Shown: piece by piece, positions 39,564 to 49,419 of the stretch
Position numbering within the stretch: the stretch's first letter is position 1
How the letters are laid out: each line of letters opens with the position of its first letter
Source: Candidatus Obscuribacteraceae bacterium
GTDB taxonomy: Bacteria; Cyanobacteriota; Vampirovibrionia; Obscuribacterales; Obscuribacteraceae
Direction of reading: 5' to 3'
DNA length: 64,000 nt
Assembly (NCBI GenBank): GCA_044226015.1
Contig: JBGAHS010000006.1
Span: 544,001 to 608,000 of the forward strand
Position numbers and translations under genes: made by a program
Notes under the pieces: model-generated
The model's database searches: none
Seen by the model: the letters and a program-made list of their open reading frames with translations, nothing else
Told to the model about the DNA's origin: nothing

Positions 39564-40060
39564 AATACCTTTTGCAGAATTATCAGATCTAACCAGCGAT
39601 CGAACTTGAATGCAAGTTCCTTGAGTAAACCACACTGATTGAACCCACAGCTTTTAGCCAGAGCAATGCTAGCATCGTTTTCAGAGCACACTAAAGCAAC
39701 AATAGCATGATATCCCCGTTCTTGAGCAGCTGTCATGAGACTCTTCATCAACTGTTTCCCAAGACCCCTGCCAGAATAGCCTTCGCGCAGGTAAATTGTA
39801 GGCTCTACAGTCTGCCTAAACGAACAGCCACCCTGAAAAAAGCTCAATGCTGCATAGCCAAGTACAAGCCCATCTGACGCCTGAAGAATGAGCACTGGCA
39901 AGTCACTGTCGAAATGCTTTTGCAGCCACGCGCTTTTGTCTGCAACTGTGTGGCAGAGCAAATCAAAACTTGCAGTTGATTGTTGAATGTAGTGATTATG
40001 AATCACACTGATGCTCTCAGCATCCGCCAGAAAAGCCTTTCGCACACTGAATTCTGTCAA
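39560..40060 (-). CDS. GNAT acetyltransferase (phosphinothricin acetyltransferase/YncA-like)
   Basis: TASFD, GRGLGK, NDASI, KFDRWLD. Confidence 0.88.
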   Translation of the reverse strand: MTEFSVRKAFLADAESISVIHNHYIQQSTASFDLLCHTVADKSAWLQKHFDSDLPVLILQASDGLVLGYAALSFFQGGCSFRQTVEPTIYLREGYSGRGLGKQLMKSLMTAAQERGYHAIVALVCSENDASIALAKSCGFNQCGLLKELAFKFDRWLDLIILQKVL

Positions 40061-40120
40061 TGACTTGAACCGAGTAGGGAATCGATCTGTTAGACTAGCA
40101 AAGTTTTTGAGAGTCTAAAC

Positions 40121-40444
40121 ATGGAAAGTATTGCTCAAGCCTCACTGATTGTTTATGCCGTGCTGATGTCAGCAGGTGGTCTGGCGGGGTTCATCAAAGG
40201 CAAAAGCAAGGCGTCGTTAATTGCAGGCGTTGCAAGCTCGATAATGCTTCTTGCCGCATACTTCTTGACCACTACCGATGTTAAGACCGGTCTACTAAGT
40301 GGAGTAGGCGTAACGACACTTCTAACCTTTGTTTTTGCAATGAGACTGGTCAAAACTAAGAAATTTATGCCCTCAGGTATGCTTCTGATTTTGAATTCTA
40401 TCGAAGAGATAATCTTGCTGCTTGGAGCCTTCCTCAAGCCCTGA
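40121..40444 (+). CDS. TMEM14/FAX family membrane protein
   Basis: GG..GFIKGKSKASLIAG, KKFMPSG. Confidence 0.88.
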   Translation: MESIAQASLIVYAVLMSAGGLAGFIKGKSKASLIAGVASSIMLLAAYFLTTTDVKTGLLSGVGVTTLLTFVFAMRLVKTKKFMPSGMLLILNSIEEIILLLGAFLKP

Positions 40445-40635
40445 ATCTTTTGAACAGAAGCGGATTGTAAAAATCGACTTGAAAACAAGAAGCATCCTGC
40501 GGACCTATAAATGCCGTAAGGAAAGCAATAGCTAATTCTATCTTCGCTATAATTATGCTGGCCATGAAATGGTCGGCCAGTGCCGATCTTGACGTATAAA
40601 GTGTCAAATCATTCAAGTTAAATGGAATTCAAATA

Positions 40636-41451
40636 ATGACCGAAGTAAAAACGGGTCCAGCTTCAAAAAAACCTCTGTTTTCAACCGAGAGAACAGATGA
40701 TTGGAAAAAGGCTCCATTGGCGATTGGAATAGGCTTCGCCCTGTTCATACTCTACGCAAATCTCCGCATTTTCGCTCCAGGAGAGAAAAACCTTGCAGAA
40801 ATTGGCAATCTCCTGTCACCTTTCTACTCACCAAAACTGGGTTGGCCCTGGTTTCTAAATTGGGTGCCAGACTTCATCAAGTCACCAGCAGTTCTAATCT
40901 TATGGATACCAGCTGGATTCAGAGCGACATGTTATTACTACCGAAAAGCTTACTATCGTTCGTACTTTACGACACCTCCAGCATGTGCGGTGTCAGGATA
41001 TAAGGGTTTCAAGTACATGGGTGAAACAGCATTCCCCTTTGTGCTTCAAAACCTGCACAGGTATATGTTCTACTTCGCGACTATAGTACTGGGAGTCTTG
41101 TGGTGGGACGCTTTGCAGACATTGTTTGCAGCTGATCACTTCTTCAATTTCAATCACGCACAAGTCTCAGTCGGCACAATCATCTTCTTCATTAACGTCG
41201 TTTTCCTCTCTAACTACTCATTCGGCTGTCACGCATTCAGACATTTGATTGGTGGCAGGCTTGATTGTTTCAGCTGTGGAGAACAAGAGAAGACTTGTTT
41301 GAGCTTCTGGTCTCGCGTGACGCATCTCAATGAACACCATCAGTTCTGGGCGTGGATGAGCCTTTTCTCCGTTGCAGCGACAGACTTTTATGTGCGCTGT
41401 GTATGCGATGGATGGTTCGCAGATCCCATTCTCTTTTCAGTAGCTAAATAG
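40636..41451 (+). CDS. Succinate dehydrogenase membrane anchor (mycobacterial Sdh1/Rv0249c-like)
   Basis: RATCYYYRKAYYR, PPACAV, NLHRY, GCHAFRH; directly upstream of sdhA. Confidence 0.8.
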   Translation: MTEVKTGPASKKPLFSTERTDDWKKAPLAIGIGFALFILYANLRIFAPGEKNLAEIGNLLSPFYSPKLGWPWFLNWVPDFIKSPAVLILWIPAGFRATCYYYRKAYYRSYFTTPPACAVSGYKGFKYMGETAFPFVLQNLHRYMFYFATIVLGVLWWDALQTLFAADHFFNFNHAQVSVGTIIFFINVVFLSNYSFGCHAFRHLIGGRLDCFSCGEQEKTCLSFWSRVTHLNEHHQFWAWMSLFSVAATDFYVRCVCDGWFADPILFSVAK

Positions 41452-41468
41452 GAAACAGGACAGAAACA

Positions 41469-43298
41469 ATGTCGAATTATGAAACAAGAGAACACGATGT
41501 GCTCGTGATCGGAGCCGGAGGCGCAGGTCTTCGAGCAGCTATCGAAGCTGCAAGCAAAGGTTTGAAAGTAGGTCTTGTTTGCAAATCACTGCTAGGGAAA
41601 GCTCACACCGTTATGGCGGAAGGTGGGGTCGCAGCAGCGATGGGAACAGTCGACTCACGTGACGGCTGGCAAACCCACTTCAGAGACACCATGATTGGTG
41701 GCAAGTATTTGAACAACTTCCGCATGGCGCAAATTCATGCTATGGAAGCCCCTGAATGCGTTAATGAGTTAGAACGCTGGGGTGCAGTCTTCGACCGCAC
41801 TCACGATGGAAAAATCTTGCAACGTGCGTTCGGCGGTCACACTTACAAGAGACTCTGCCACGTTGGAGACAGAACTGGACTGGAAATGATCAGAACACTT
41901 CAGGACAAGGGTGTCCACTCTGGCATTGATGTCTACATGGAGTGCACCATTTCCAGACTCTTCAAAGATGGCGACAAAATATCCGGAGCGTTCGGTTATT
42001 TCAGAGAAGACGGTCGCTACATTCTTTTCAAAGCCAAAGCGATTGTTCTTGCAACTGGTGGCATCGGAAAATCCTTCAAAGTTACTTCCAATTCCTGGGA
42101 GTACACTGCAGATGGAACCGCGCTGGCTTATGATGCAGGCGCAGACCTCATCGACATGGAGTTCGTCCAGTTCCACCCAACCGGCATGGTATGGCCACTG
42201 GGCGTCGCTGGAATTCTCGTGACCGAGGCTGTGCGTGGTGAAGGCGGACGACTGACCAACAAAGACGGCGAACGTTTCATGTGGAAATATCTGCCAGATG
42301 CGCTCAGAGGCGATTATGCAGGAGACATCAAAGAAGCAGATGCATGGGTTCAAGACACACTGAACGGCAAGCTGAAAACAGACTTCCGCCGTCCACCAGA
42401 ACTGAGCACACGCGACAACGTAGCTCGCGCCATCTACACTGAAGTGAAAGAAGGAAGGGGCTCTGAGCACGGTGGAGTCTACCTGGATATCAGCTATCAA
42501 CCAGCAGACCGTGTCAAGAAAAAACTCCCCAGCATGTATCACCAATTCAAAGACCTTGCTGACGTCGATATCACTAAAGGACCAATGGAAGTTGGACCAA
42601 CCATGCACTACACCATGGGTGGTATCAGAGTCGATGCCGACACTGCCGAAAGCCGTGTTCCAGGGCTCTTTGCTGCAGGAGAATGCAGCGGAGGTATGCA
42701 CGGAGCAAACAGACTCGGCGGCAACTCCTTATCTGACCTTATTGTCTTCGGCAGAAGAGCCGGAAGAGGTGCTGCAAACTACGCATCGAATATGGGCGAG
42801 TTTCCCAAGATTTCCGATGCTGCAATTCAAGACGCCATCAACGAGATGGAAGAGCCACTGAAGCGCGGAAGCAGCGGCAAAAATCCTTATCACTTGCAAG
42901 TTAAGATGCATGAGATTACTGGCAGCTGTTTCGGAATCTTCCGCACCGAGTCAGACCTCAAACGCGGGCTAGATTTGATGGCAGAACTAAATGAAGAAAT
43001 CAAATCAGTAGGCTGCGGTGGCGGTAAAGTCTACAACCCAGGCTGGCACCTTTGCAGAGACATCAGAAATCTGGCTGTAGCTGCTGAAGCTGTTGGTCGT
43101 AGCGCTCTATCAAGAAAAGAAAGCCGCGGTGCGCATAGCCGACTCGACTTCCCTGATACTGATGAAGATCAGGGACATGAGAACACAGCTGTGTGGAGCG
43201 ATAACGGCAAGATGCAACTGGCTAAGACTCCGTTACCGGAAATGCCACCAGAGCTAAAAGATCTTTTGAAGCGAAAGGAGGCTAAAGCCAATGCCTAA
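41469..43298 (+). CDS. sdhA: Succinate dehydrogenase/fumarate reductase flavoprotein
   Basis: GAGGAG, AHTVMAEGG, QFHPTG, HYTMGG, HGANRLGGNS, ESRGAH. Confidence 0.95.
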   Translation: MSNYETREHDVLVIGAGGAGLRAAIEAASKGLKVGLVCKSLLGKAHTVMAEGGVAAAMGTVDSRDGWQTHFRDTMIGGKYLNNFRMAQIHAMEAPECVNELERWGAVFDRTHDGKILQRAFGGHTYKRLCHVGDRTGLEMIRTLQDKGVHSGIDVYMECTISRLFKDGDKISGAFGYFREDGRYILFKAKAIVLATGGIGKSFKVTSNSWEYTADGTALAYDAGADLIDMEFVQFHPTGMVWPLGVAGILVTEAVRGEGGRLTNKDGERFMWKYLPDALRGDYAGDIKEADAWVQDTLNGKLKTDFRRPPELSTRDNVARAIYTEVKEGRGSEHGGVYLDISYQPADRVKKKLPSMYHQFKDLADVDITKGPMEVGPTMHYTMGGIRVDADTAESRVPGLFAAGECSGGMHGANRLGGNSLSDLIVFGRRAGRGAANYASNMGEFPKISDAAIQDAINEMEEPLKRGSSGKNPYHLQVKMHEITGSCFGIFRTESDLKRGLDLMAELNEEIKSVGCGGGKVYNPGWHLCRDIRNLAVAAEAVGRSALSRKESRGAHSRLDFPDTDEDQGHENTAVWSDNGKMQLAKTPLPEMPPELKDLLKRKEAKANA

Positions 43299-44043
43299 AG
43301 AATACACTGCAAAAATGAAGGTATTTCGTGGCGACCAGAACGGTGGCAGCTACAAGGATTACACCGTTCCAGTTGGCGAGGGAATGGTCGTTCTTGACGC
43401 TATTCACTACATTCAGAGAGAAGTAGACCCTGATCTGGCTGTCAGATGGAACTGCAAAGCCGCTAAGTGTGGCTCTTGCAGCGCAGAAGTCAACGGGCGC
43501 CCATCGCTTCTCTGTAAAACCAGAATGGAAGGGTTCAGCCCCGACCAGGAAATAGTGGTGCAACCTGTTCAATCATTCCCAATCATCAAAGACCTCGTCA
43601 CCGATGTTTCCTGGAACTATGAACAGAACAAGCGCATCAAGCCCTTCACACCACGTGAAGATGCTGATTGGATCATGTACCAGGAAGACATCGAGCGTGT
43701 CCAGGAATTCCGCAAATGTATCGAGTGCTTCCTCTGCCAGAACGTGTGTCACGTCATCAGAGACCATAATCGAAAAGATGCGTTTTCAGGTCCGCGCTTT
43801 ATGATTCGTGTGGCGAGCTTGGAAATGCACCCATTAGATGGTGAAGATCGCCTGAAATGGCTGCATGACGACGGCGGCATCGGATATTGCAACATCACAA
43901 AATGCTGCACCGAAGTTTGCCCTGAAGACATTCACATCACGGACAACGGCATTATTCCAATGAAGGAACGAGTTGTAGATGAATACTACGACCCAGTAGC
44001 TAAATTCTTGAAACGCGTATTTACGCCTGGCAAGAAGAAATAG
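43291..44043 (+). CDS. sdhB: Succinate dehydrogenase Fe-S subunit
   Basis: CKAAKCGSC, CIECFLCQNVC, CNITKCCTEVCP. Confidence 0.95.
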   Translation: MPKEYTAKMKVFRGDQNGGSYKDYTVPVGEGMVVLDAIHYIQREVDPDLAVRWNCKAAKCGSCSAEVNGRPSLLCKTRMEGFSPDQEIVVQPVQSFPIIKDLVTDVSWNYEQNKRIKPFTPREDADWIMYQEDIERVQEFRKCIECFLCQNVCHVIRDHNRKDAFSGPRFMIRVASLEMHPLDGEDRLKWLHDDGGIGYCNITKCCTEVCPEDIHITDNGIIPMKERVVDEYYDPVAKFLKRVFTPGKKK

Positions 44044-44133
44044 TCCGGGAAATTTCCTTCATATATAGAATTCACAATATAGTGGCCGTGATTTACGGCT
44101 ACTATATTTGTTTTGTCGACGCCAGGTAAAATC

Positions 44134-45786
44134 ATGCCGCTAAAAAGACTTGCAGCTATTTTGTTTGCAGCGATTGCATTAATGCTTGGAGCTGATTTAC
44201 TGGCTCTGGCGCAAGAAGCACAGACTCCCCCAACCGCTACACAACCTAATGGTGCGGCTCTGGTCATTAAGGGCAAACGCCTCATTACATTTTATGCATC
44301 TCTTGATGGATTGTCTCCAGAAGAACGCGTAGAAAGAGCTGCTATTGTCCTGCGAGACCTGTCCCAGAGGTCTGATTTCAACCTTGATGAGCTGAAAGCC
44401 ACAGATGGCACAATGGGCACCGATATCGTTGGTGGTGGCGAGCGTATAGCTACCGTGACAGACGATGATGCCAAATATGCAAACTCAAATCCCAAAATAA
44501 TAGCTAATGATTTCATCCTGAAACTAAGGTATGCGTTCATTCAGAAAGCTGCCCAGACATCAGCATCAGCAGTAGCTTTCGGAATAGCTTGCTGCGTCGC
44601 AGGTTTCTTAGGACTGGTATTGCTCATTGCTTTAATTTGCAAGCTTGCAATCAATGTCTGCGAGCTTACAGAACGCTTAATTGGTAAACGCGAAAGCGGC
44701 ATTAAGATTCAAGATGCAGAACTCATCAGCGCCAGAGCACTGGTCGATATGGTACAGGCTGTAATTAAACTGCTGCAATTTGCCATGATTTGCGTTTTGT
44801 TTTCGATTTACGCAGTCGTGTCACTGAGGCTGTTTCCAGGAACCAGACCGCTTGCTGACGCCCTGATTGAAAACGCCAAGGTGCCGCTCGTTTCCCTGGG
44901 CGATTCAGTTCTAGTCTATTTGCCAAACCTGTTCACGTTGATAATGATTGCACTAACCACTTATGGTGTCATATTCATTTGCAAATTTATCTCAAACGCG
45001 CTTAGAGATGGCTCAATCAGATTCGCTGACTTTGACCCTGAATGGGCTGAGCCGACTTACAAATTAGCCAGATTTACCGTCATCTTCTTTGCCCTGGTAT
45101 GCGCATTTCCTTACCTTCCTGGCTGGGATACACCTGCATTTAAACAGCTTGGACTCGTAGTTGGAATTTTGATCTCTTTTGGCTCTTCCTCTGCCATTAG
45201 CAACATCATGGCGGGAGTTGTGCTCACCTACACCAATGCATTTCGTGTGGGTCACCGGGTAAAAGTTGCAGAACAAGTAGGAGACGTCTTAGAAAAGACC
45301 CTGGTTGTAACCCGCATGCGGACGCCAAAGGGAGAAATAATCTCCATTCCGAATGCACAGATATTATCGGGAACCATTACGAATTACAGCGCTGAAGCCT
45401 TGATGGGTCGATTGATTTTGCACAGCACTATAACGATAGGATACGATGTGCCCTGGCGCAAGGTGCACGCAATGCTGCTTGCAGCGGGCAAGAAGACAGA
45501 AGGAGTGCTGCCTGACCCTGAACCTTTTGTTTTGCAAACATCACTAGATGATTTCTATGTTTCATATGAAATCAATGTTTTCACTGACCAGGCGCACAAC
45601 ATTCCTGCTGTTTACTCGTCTCTGCATCAAAACATTCAAGATGCCTTTTTCGAGAATGGTGTGGAGATCATGTCACCGCACTACACAAGCCTTCGAGACG
45701 GCAATACACCTGCTGTTCCAGCACATAATTTGCCAACAGATTTTGTAGCGCCGACGTTCAAAGTCGAGTCAATCAGCAAGAGTTAG
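44134..45786 (+). CDS. MscS family mechanosensitive channel with periplasmic N-terminal domain
   Basis: SNIMAG...FRVG.RV, IPNA, IGYDVPW, GVEIMSPHY. Confidence 0.9.
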   Translation: MPLKRLAAILFAAIALMLGADLLALAQEAQTPPTATQPNGAALVIKGKRLITFYASLDGLSPEERVERAAIVLRDLSQRSDFNLDELKATDGTMGTDIVGGGERIATVTDDDAKYANSNPKIIANDFILKLRYAFIQKAAQTSASAVAFGIACCVAGFLGLVLLIALICKLAINVCELTERLIGKRESGIKIQDAELISARALVDMVQAVIKLLQFAMICVLFSIYAVVSLRLFPGTRPLADALIENAKVPLVSLGDSVLVYLPNLFTLIMIALTTYGVIFICKFISNALRDGSIRFADFDPEWAEPTYKLARFTVIFFALVCAFPYLPGWDTPAFKQLGLVVGILISFGSSSAISNIMAGVVLTYTNAFRVGHRVKVAEQVGDVLEKTLVVTRMRTPKGEIISIPNAQILSGTITNYSAEALMGRLILHSTITIGYDVPWRKVHAMLLAAGKKTEGVLPDPEPFVLQTSLDDFYVSYEINVFTDQAHNIPAVYSSLHQNIQDAFFENGVEIMSPHYTSLRDGNTPAVPAHNLPTDFVAPTFKVESISKS

Positions 45787-45791
45787 CAGGA

Positions 45792-46199
45792 TTATTTATT
45801 CAGCTCGCTCTTTTTGACGTAGCTAAAGATTGATAATGTGTTGCCATCGTAGTCGTTAAAACCAGCAGAGAAGCCAACCTTATCTCCATCTTCACAGACC
45901 TGATGAGGTTCATTGTTGAACTTCACTCCAGCCTTCTTGAGCTCTTCAACTGCCTGGAAAACATCCTCAACTTCGAATACGAGATCTGGCATGCCTTCTT
46001 TTGGCTTAGCAGGCGGGTTTTCGATTCCGTGAAGAGCCAGAGTAGTGCTTCCTGTATCGAGTTCAACCCAACCTGGAGCATCGACTTTCACCTTCATTCC
46101 GAGAAGGTCACGATAGAAATGGGTTGCCTTTTCTGCGTCCTTAACGTACACGATCACATACGATAGTGTGGACAGTTTAGCCTTGGTACTGGTAGCCAT
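45792..46199 (-). CDS. VOC/glyoxalase family protein
   Basis: V.YVKD..KA..FYRDLLG, FEVEDV, F.DYDGN. Confidence 0.9.
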   Translation of the reverse strand: MATSTKAKLSTLSYVIVYVKDAEKATHFYRDLLGMKVKVDAPGWVELDTGSTTLALHGIENPPAKPKEGMPDLVFEVEDVFQAVEELKKAGVKFNNEPHQVCEDGDKVGFSAGFNDYDGNTLSIFSYVKKSELNK

Positions 46200-46322
46200 T
46201 GTCTGCTCCTCGATAGTTTCAGCCAGACTGCTTTGAAGTTCAATGCAGCAGCTTGATATCCTATCTCAAATTGCCCCTCTATTCATTAATTGTATGAATA
46301 GTTTCCAGCTTGTTAAGTTTGG

Positions 46323-46907
46323 CTATTCATCCTGGCTAGGCGGAGCCATAGCCGGAGTCATGTTGTAAGTCCAGTGAGCATGCGTGGTCGAATCATTCAT
46401 TGTGATGCTCGGTATCTTGCCCTTTTCCATGTAATCTTTGATTTTTTCGATTATTGGCTTGCGTGCGTTAGGGTCGGGAAGAGTTGTGTCTACAGTCAAA
46501 TTCAGCGGTTTGTCCACCGCCTTGTCTCCGGGCGCGCTATCAGATGGGTCAGCCCAGGTGAGCTTCGTGTTTGTTGCGCCGGCCGCCGACAGTCCGTTGG
46601 TAAGTTCTGATTCGATGAAATTGCGCGCGTCGGTATAGGTTAGCTTCTCCATAGGATCTTCAGGCGGCTTGCCCTCACGCATAACCCTTCCTATCCACGA
46701 GCCAGAAGCTGCCCATACACCAAGTCCAATTACAACAATGAAGACGATAACGAAAGGCGCCCAATTTATACCTGGCTGTTCCGCCTTGAACGATGAGAAC
46801 TGCTTGCTGCCTCCGGGACCGCGCCTGACGGCTTGCCTCGTTCCGCAAGATGGGCAAACTTCCTCATAACCATGAAGTGGTACTCTACAGCTTGGACAAT
46901 CGTGCAT
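46323..46907 (-). CDS. Zinc-ribbon single-pass membrane protein
   Basis: CPSC..CPSCG followed by a TM helix. Confidence 0.7.
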   Translation of the reverse strand: MHDCPSCRVPLHGYEEVCPSCGTRQAVRRGPGGSKQFSSFKAEQPGINWAPFVIVFIVVIGLGVWAASGSWIGRVMREGKPPEDPMEKLTYTDARNFIESELTNGLSAAGATNTKLTWADPSDSAPGDKAVDKPLNLTVDTTLPDPNARKPIIEKIKDYMEKGKIPSITMNDSTTHAHWTYNMTPAMAPPSQDE

Positions 46908-46908
46908 G

Positions 46909-48678
46909 CTAAGCTTCCTTCCCTTGATTCACTAACTTGTCTGTACCCAGTTTTTGCATTGGTATCAACCAACCAAGTATAAACCCACTAAGCATTCCAC
47001 CGAAGTGGGCTGCAGCGGCAATTCGGATTGCCTCGCTGCCAGCTTTGGCAGGGAAAAGATGATTGGCAAACTGATCAAAAAACAGCTGTGTAACTGCAAG
47101 ACCTATCATCCAGGTCAATTCGTGCTTTCTCACCGATGGTGGCAGAACATCCTTCAGCTTCATTGTCGCAGCTAAGCCTGCGCCGAACACTCCCAGCACT
47201 GCGCCAGAGGCACCTACGGCTGGTTCGTTCAACGAAACCAACATTTCCATCAAACCTGAAAGAACGCCTGAGCCAAGAAATATGAACAGAAAGCGTAGGG
47301 GTCCGTACAGGTTTTCGACATAGCGTCCAAACCAGACCAGTCCAAACAAATTCATCATCAAGTGAGGAATTCCACCGTGCAAAAACTGATAAGTAAACAG
47401 GCGCCACCACTGCCCCTCAAGAACCAGAGGACCCTGCAAAACTCCTGCAAGAAAGAACTGATGCGACATTCGATTGAACGAATCTCCCATTTGCATCAGC
47501 CTGACCATTGAGGAGTCCGTCAGGATAAAAATAATGGAAATCAACCCAGATAGAATATGTACGGTTCGGGGTTGCTTCTTACTGTTTAGAACCTCGGAGA
47601 CTTGCATGCAACGATGCCTGATGTTTCTTGCGGTCGCGGCAGCTATTGCTCTTGCGTTCGTCTGACCTGGAGTCTCTTGCGACGTTTCTTCAAGGGACGG
47701 CTCTTGCTCGATGGATGGCTCTTCAGGAGCTGCAAGCTTACTCTTAGCAAACTCTATTTGTGACTCAGTGCGCTCTCTCCATGCATGATCTTGCTTCGGA
47801 GTCTTTTCGAGTGAATCTGCAAAAATTTCCAGGGCACCAGCATAATTCCCCTTTACTGATCGGCAACGTGCATGCCAGTAAAGACGGGCATATTCGGGAA
47901 GTGCACTTTTGTTTTTTCGCATTGCGCTGAGCACATCAAGAAGATCATCTTCATCTCCAATCATTGCAAAGAATGAGAGGAATACAGTCTCTAGCGAATC
48001 TCGTCCATAATTAGAGGCAGGCAGATCGGCGAGTTCAAGCGCAGCAGCAGCCTCTTCGAAGCGCTCGAGTTCATTGAAGGCTCGCGCTGCAGGGACAGCT
48101 ACCATGTGCGGAAAGCGATTTTTCTTGTTCTTTTCTCCTGCAGCTTCAAAGCGTTGCTTTGCCTCGTAGTATTTTTCGATGACTGATTCCCAATCTCGAA
48201 TAACTAGAAGACCTATCATGGCGTAAGCGGTGAGATTATCAGCTATGGGCTTCGGAAGACCAAATGCATTCCATTTTTCGTAGATTGAGGAAGCAGATTT
48301 GCTGTCTCCCTTTAAGTAGAATTGAATCATCGTACACAGATCAATCCAGTACTGCCCGGGTGGTCCCCAGAATGAGAATCGGAGAACTCGCGCGATAGAA
48401 ATAGCTTGCTCTGTCCTCAGTAAACCAAGTGCCTGAGTCATCTTGATGGACAAGATACGAGCCATAACTGTGAAAGAGAGCAGAAAAATCCAGCCCATCC
48501 AGGCAAAGATCCAATCGCTTTTAGGAAATACAAATAACCCCAACACCGAAATAATCAGCACAATGACGTGCTGAATCATCATTCCCCATGACCACTTAAT
48601 ATTCGCCCGAAGAGAATTGGCGATACCAAATATGGAACCAACCAATAAAGGCAAAAGCCAGAGCGTAATTTGAGTCAT
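46909..48678 (-). CDS. Rhomboid intramembrane protease with N-terminal TM/TPR-like region
   Basis: WWRLFT..FLH...HL..N, GASG, AHFGG. Confidence 0.9.
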   Translation of the reverse strand: MTQITLWLLPLLVGSIFGIANSLRANIKWSWGMMIQHVIVLIISVLGLFVFPKSDWIFAWMGWIFLLSFTVMARILSIKMTQALGLLRTEQAISIARVLRFSFWGPPGQYWIDLCTMIQFYLKGDSKSASSIYEKWNAFGLPKPIADNLTAYAMIGLLVIRDWESVIEKYYEAKQRFEAAGEKNKKNRFPHMVAVPAARAFNELERFEEAAAALELADLPASNYGRDSLETVFLSFFAMIGDEDDLLDVLSAMRKNKSALPEYARLYWHARCRSVKGNYAGALEIFADSLEKTPKQDHAWRERTESQIEFAKSKLAAPEEPSIEQEPSLEETSQETPGQTNARAIAAATARNIRHRCMQVSEVLNSKKQPRTVHILSGLISIIFILTDSSMVRLMQMGDSFNRMSHQFFLAGVLQGPLVLEGQWWRLFTYQFLHGGIPHLMMNLFGLVWFGRYVENLYGPLRFLFIFLGSGVLSGLMEMLVSLNEPAVGASGAVLGVFGAGLAATMKLKDVLPPSVRKHELTWMIGLAVTQLFFDQFANHLFPAKAGSEAIRIAAAAHFGGMLSGFILGWLIPMQKLGTDKLVNQGKEA

Positions 48679-48693
48679 TAAATTCGGGCTTCT

Positions 48694-49416
48694 CTAAACC
48701 TGCGAAGATGCTGGAATCGACTTTACGAATCTCTTGGTAATAAGTTGGGGTCTGGTAATTGCGCTTCCTACAACCACAGCGAAAGCTCCCAACTTAAAAG
48801 CTCTAGTAACCTCTTCAGGATGCCAGACTCTGCCTTCGAGTACAACATGTTTTTTCAGATTTTTGCAGAGCTGCTCTAGAAATTCAAAACTTGGTGGCGC
48901 TTCGCTTTCCAACTGAGTTTCTTTTGTATAGCCATACAAGGTTGTCGAAACAACGTCAGCCCCATATTCGGCAGCTGCAGTTCCTTCATCGAAGCGAGCA
49001 ACGTCTGCCCAAACCGGCTTGTCAAGCTCATTATGGATTCTTGATATAGTTTCTTTCAGAGTCAAACCATCAGGTCGACTTCTGGGTGTAGCATCAAGTG
49101 CAATTATGTCTGCACCTGCATCGGAAATCTGCTTTGCTTCAGCAAATGTCGAAGTGATGTACACGCTAGAAAGTCTTTCTGACTCAGGAATTGCATCATT
49201 TTTCAAAAGACCGACAATTGGCAGCTCTGTATGCTGTCGGATCAATTTGATGTTTTCGATGCCTTCCAGACGCAAGCCTTTTGCACCACCATTGATACCG
49301 GACAAAGCCAGAGCAAGTAAATGCTCTGGCTTATTCAGTGGTTCATCATCAGCTGCTTGAGTCGAAACAATAACAGCATTTTTTAAAGACTCAAGTCTCT
49401 GAAAGTACTTATTCAT
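48694..49416 (-). CDS. nanE: N-acetylmannosamine-6-phosphate 2-epimerase
   Basis: VSTQA..EPL, IIALDAT.R.RP, STTLYGYT, EGR, VGSAITRP. Confidence 0.9.
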   Translation of the reverse strand: MNKYFQRLESLKNAVIVSTQAADDEPLNKPEHLLALALSGINGGAKGLRLEGIENIKLIRQHTELPIVGLLKNDAIPESERLSSVYITSTFAEAKQISDAGADIIALDATPRSRPDGLTLKETISRIHNELDKPVWADVARFDEGTAAAEYGADVVSTTLYGYTKETQLESEAPPSFEFLEQLCKNLKKHVVLEGRVWHPEEVTRAFKLGAFAVVVGSAITRPQLITKRFVKSIPASSQV

Positions 49417-49419
49417 TGT

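Noticed and set aside
40589..40607. FNR-type box upstream of the sdh operon
   Set aside because: TTGAC-N9-GTCAA spacing does not fit TTGAT-N4-ATCAA; may be another operator but unsupported
41769..42701. 310-aa antisense ORF
   Set aside because: Shadow frame of codon-biased sdhA
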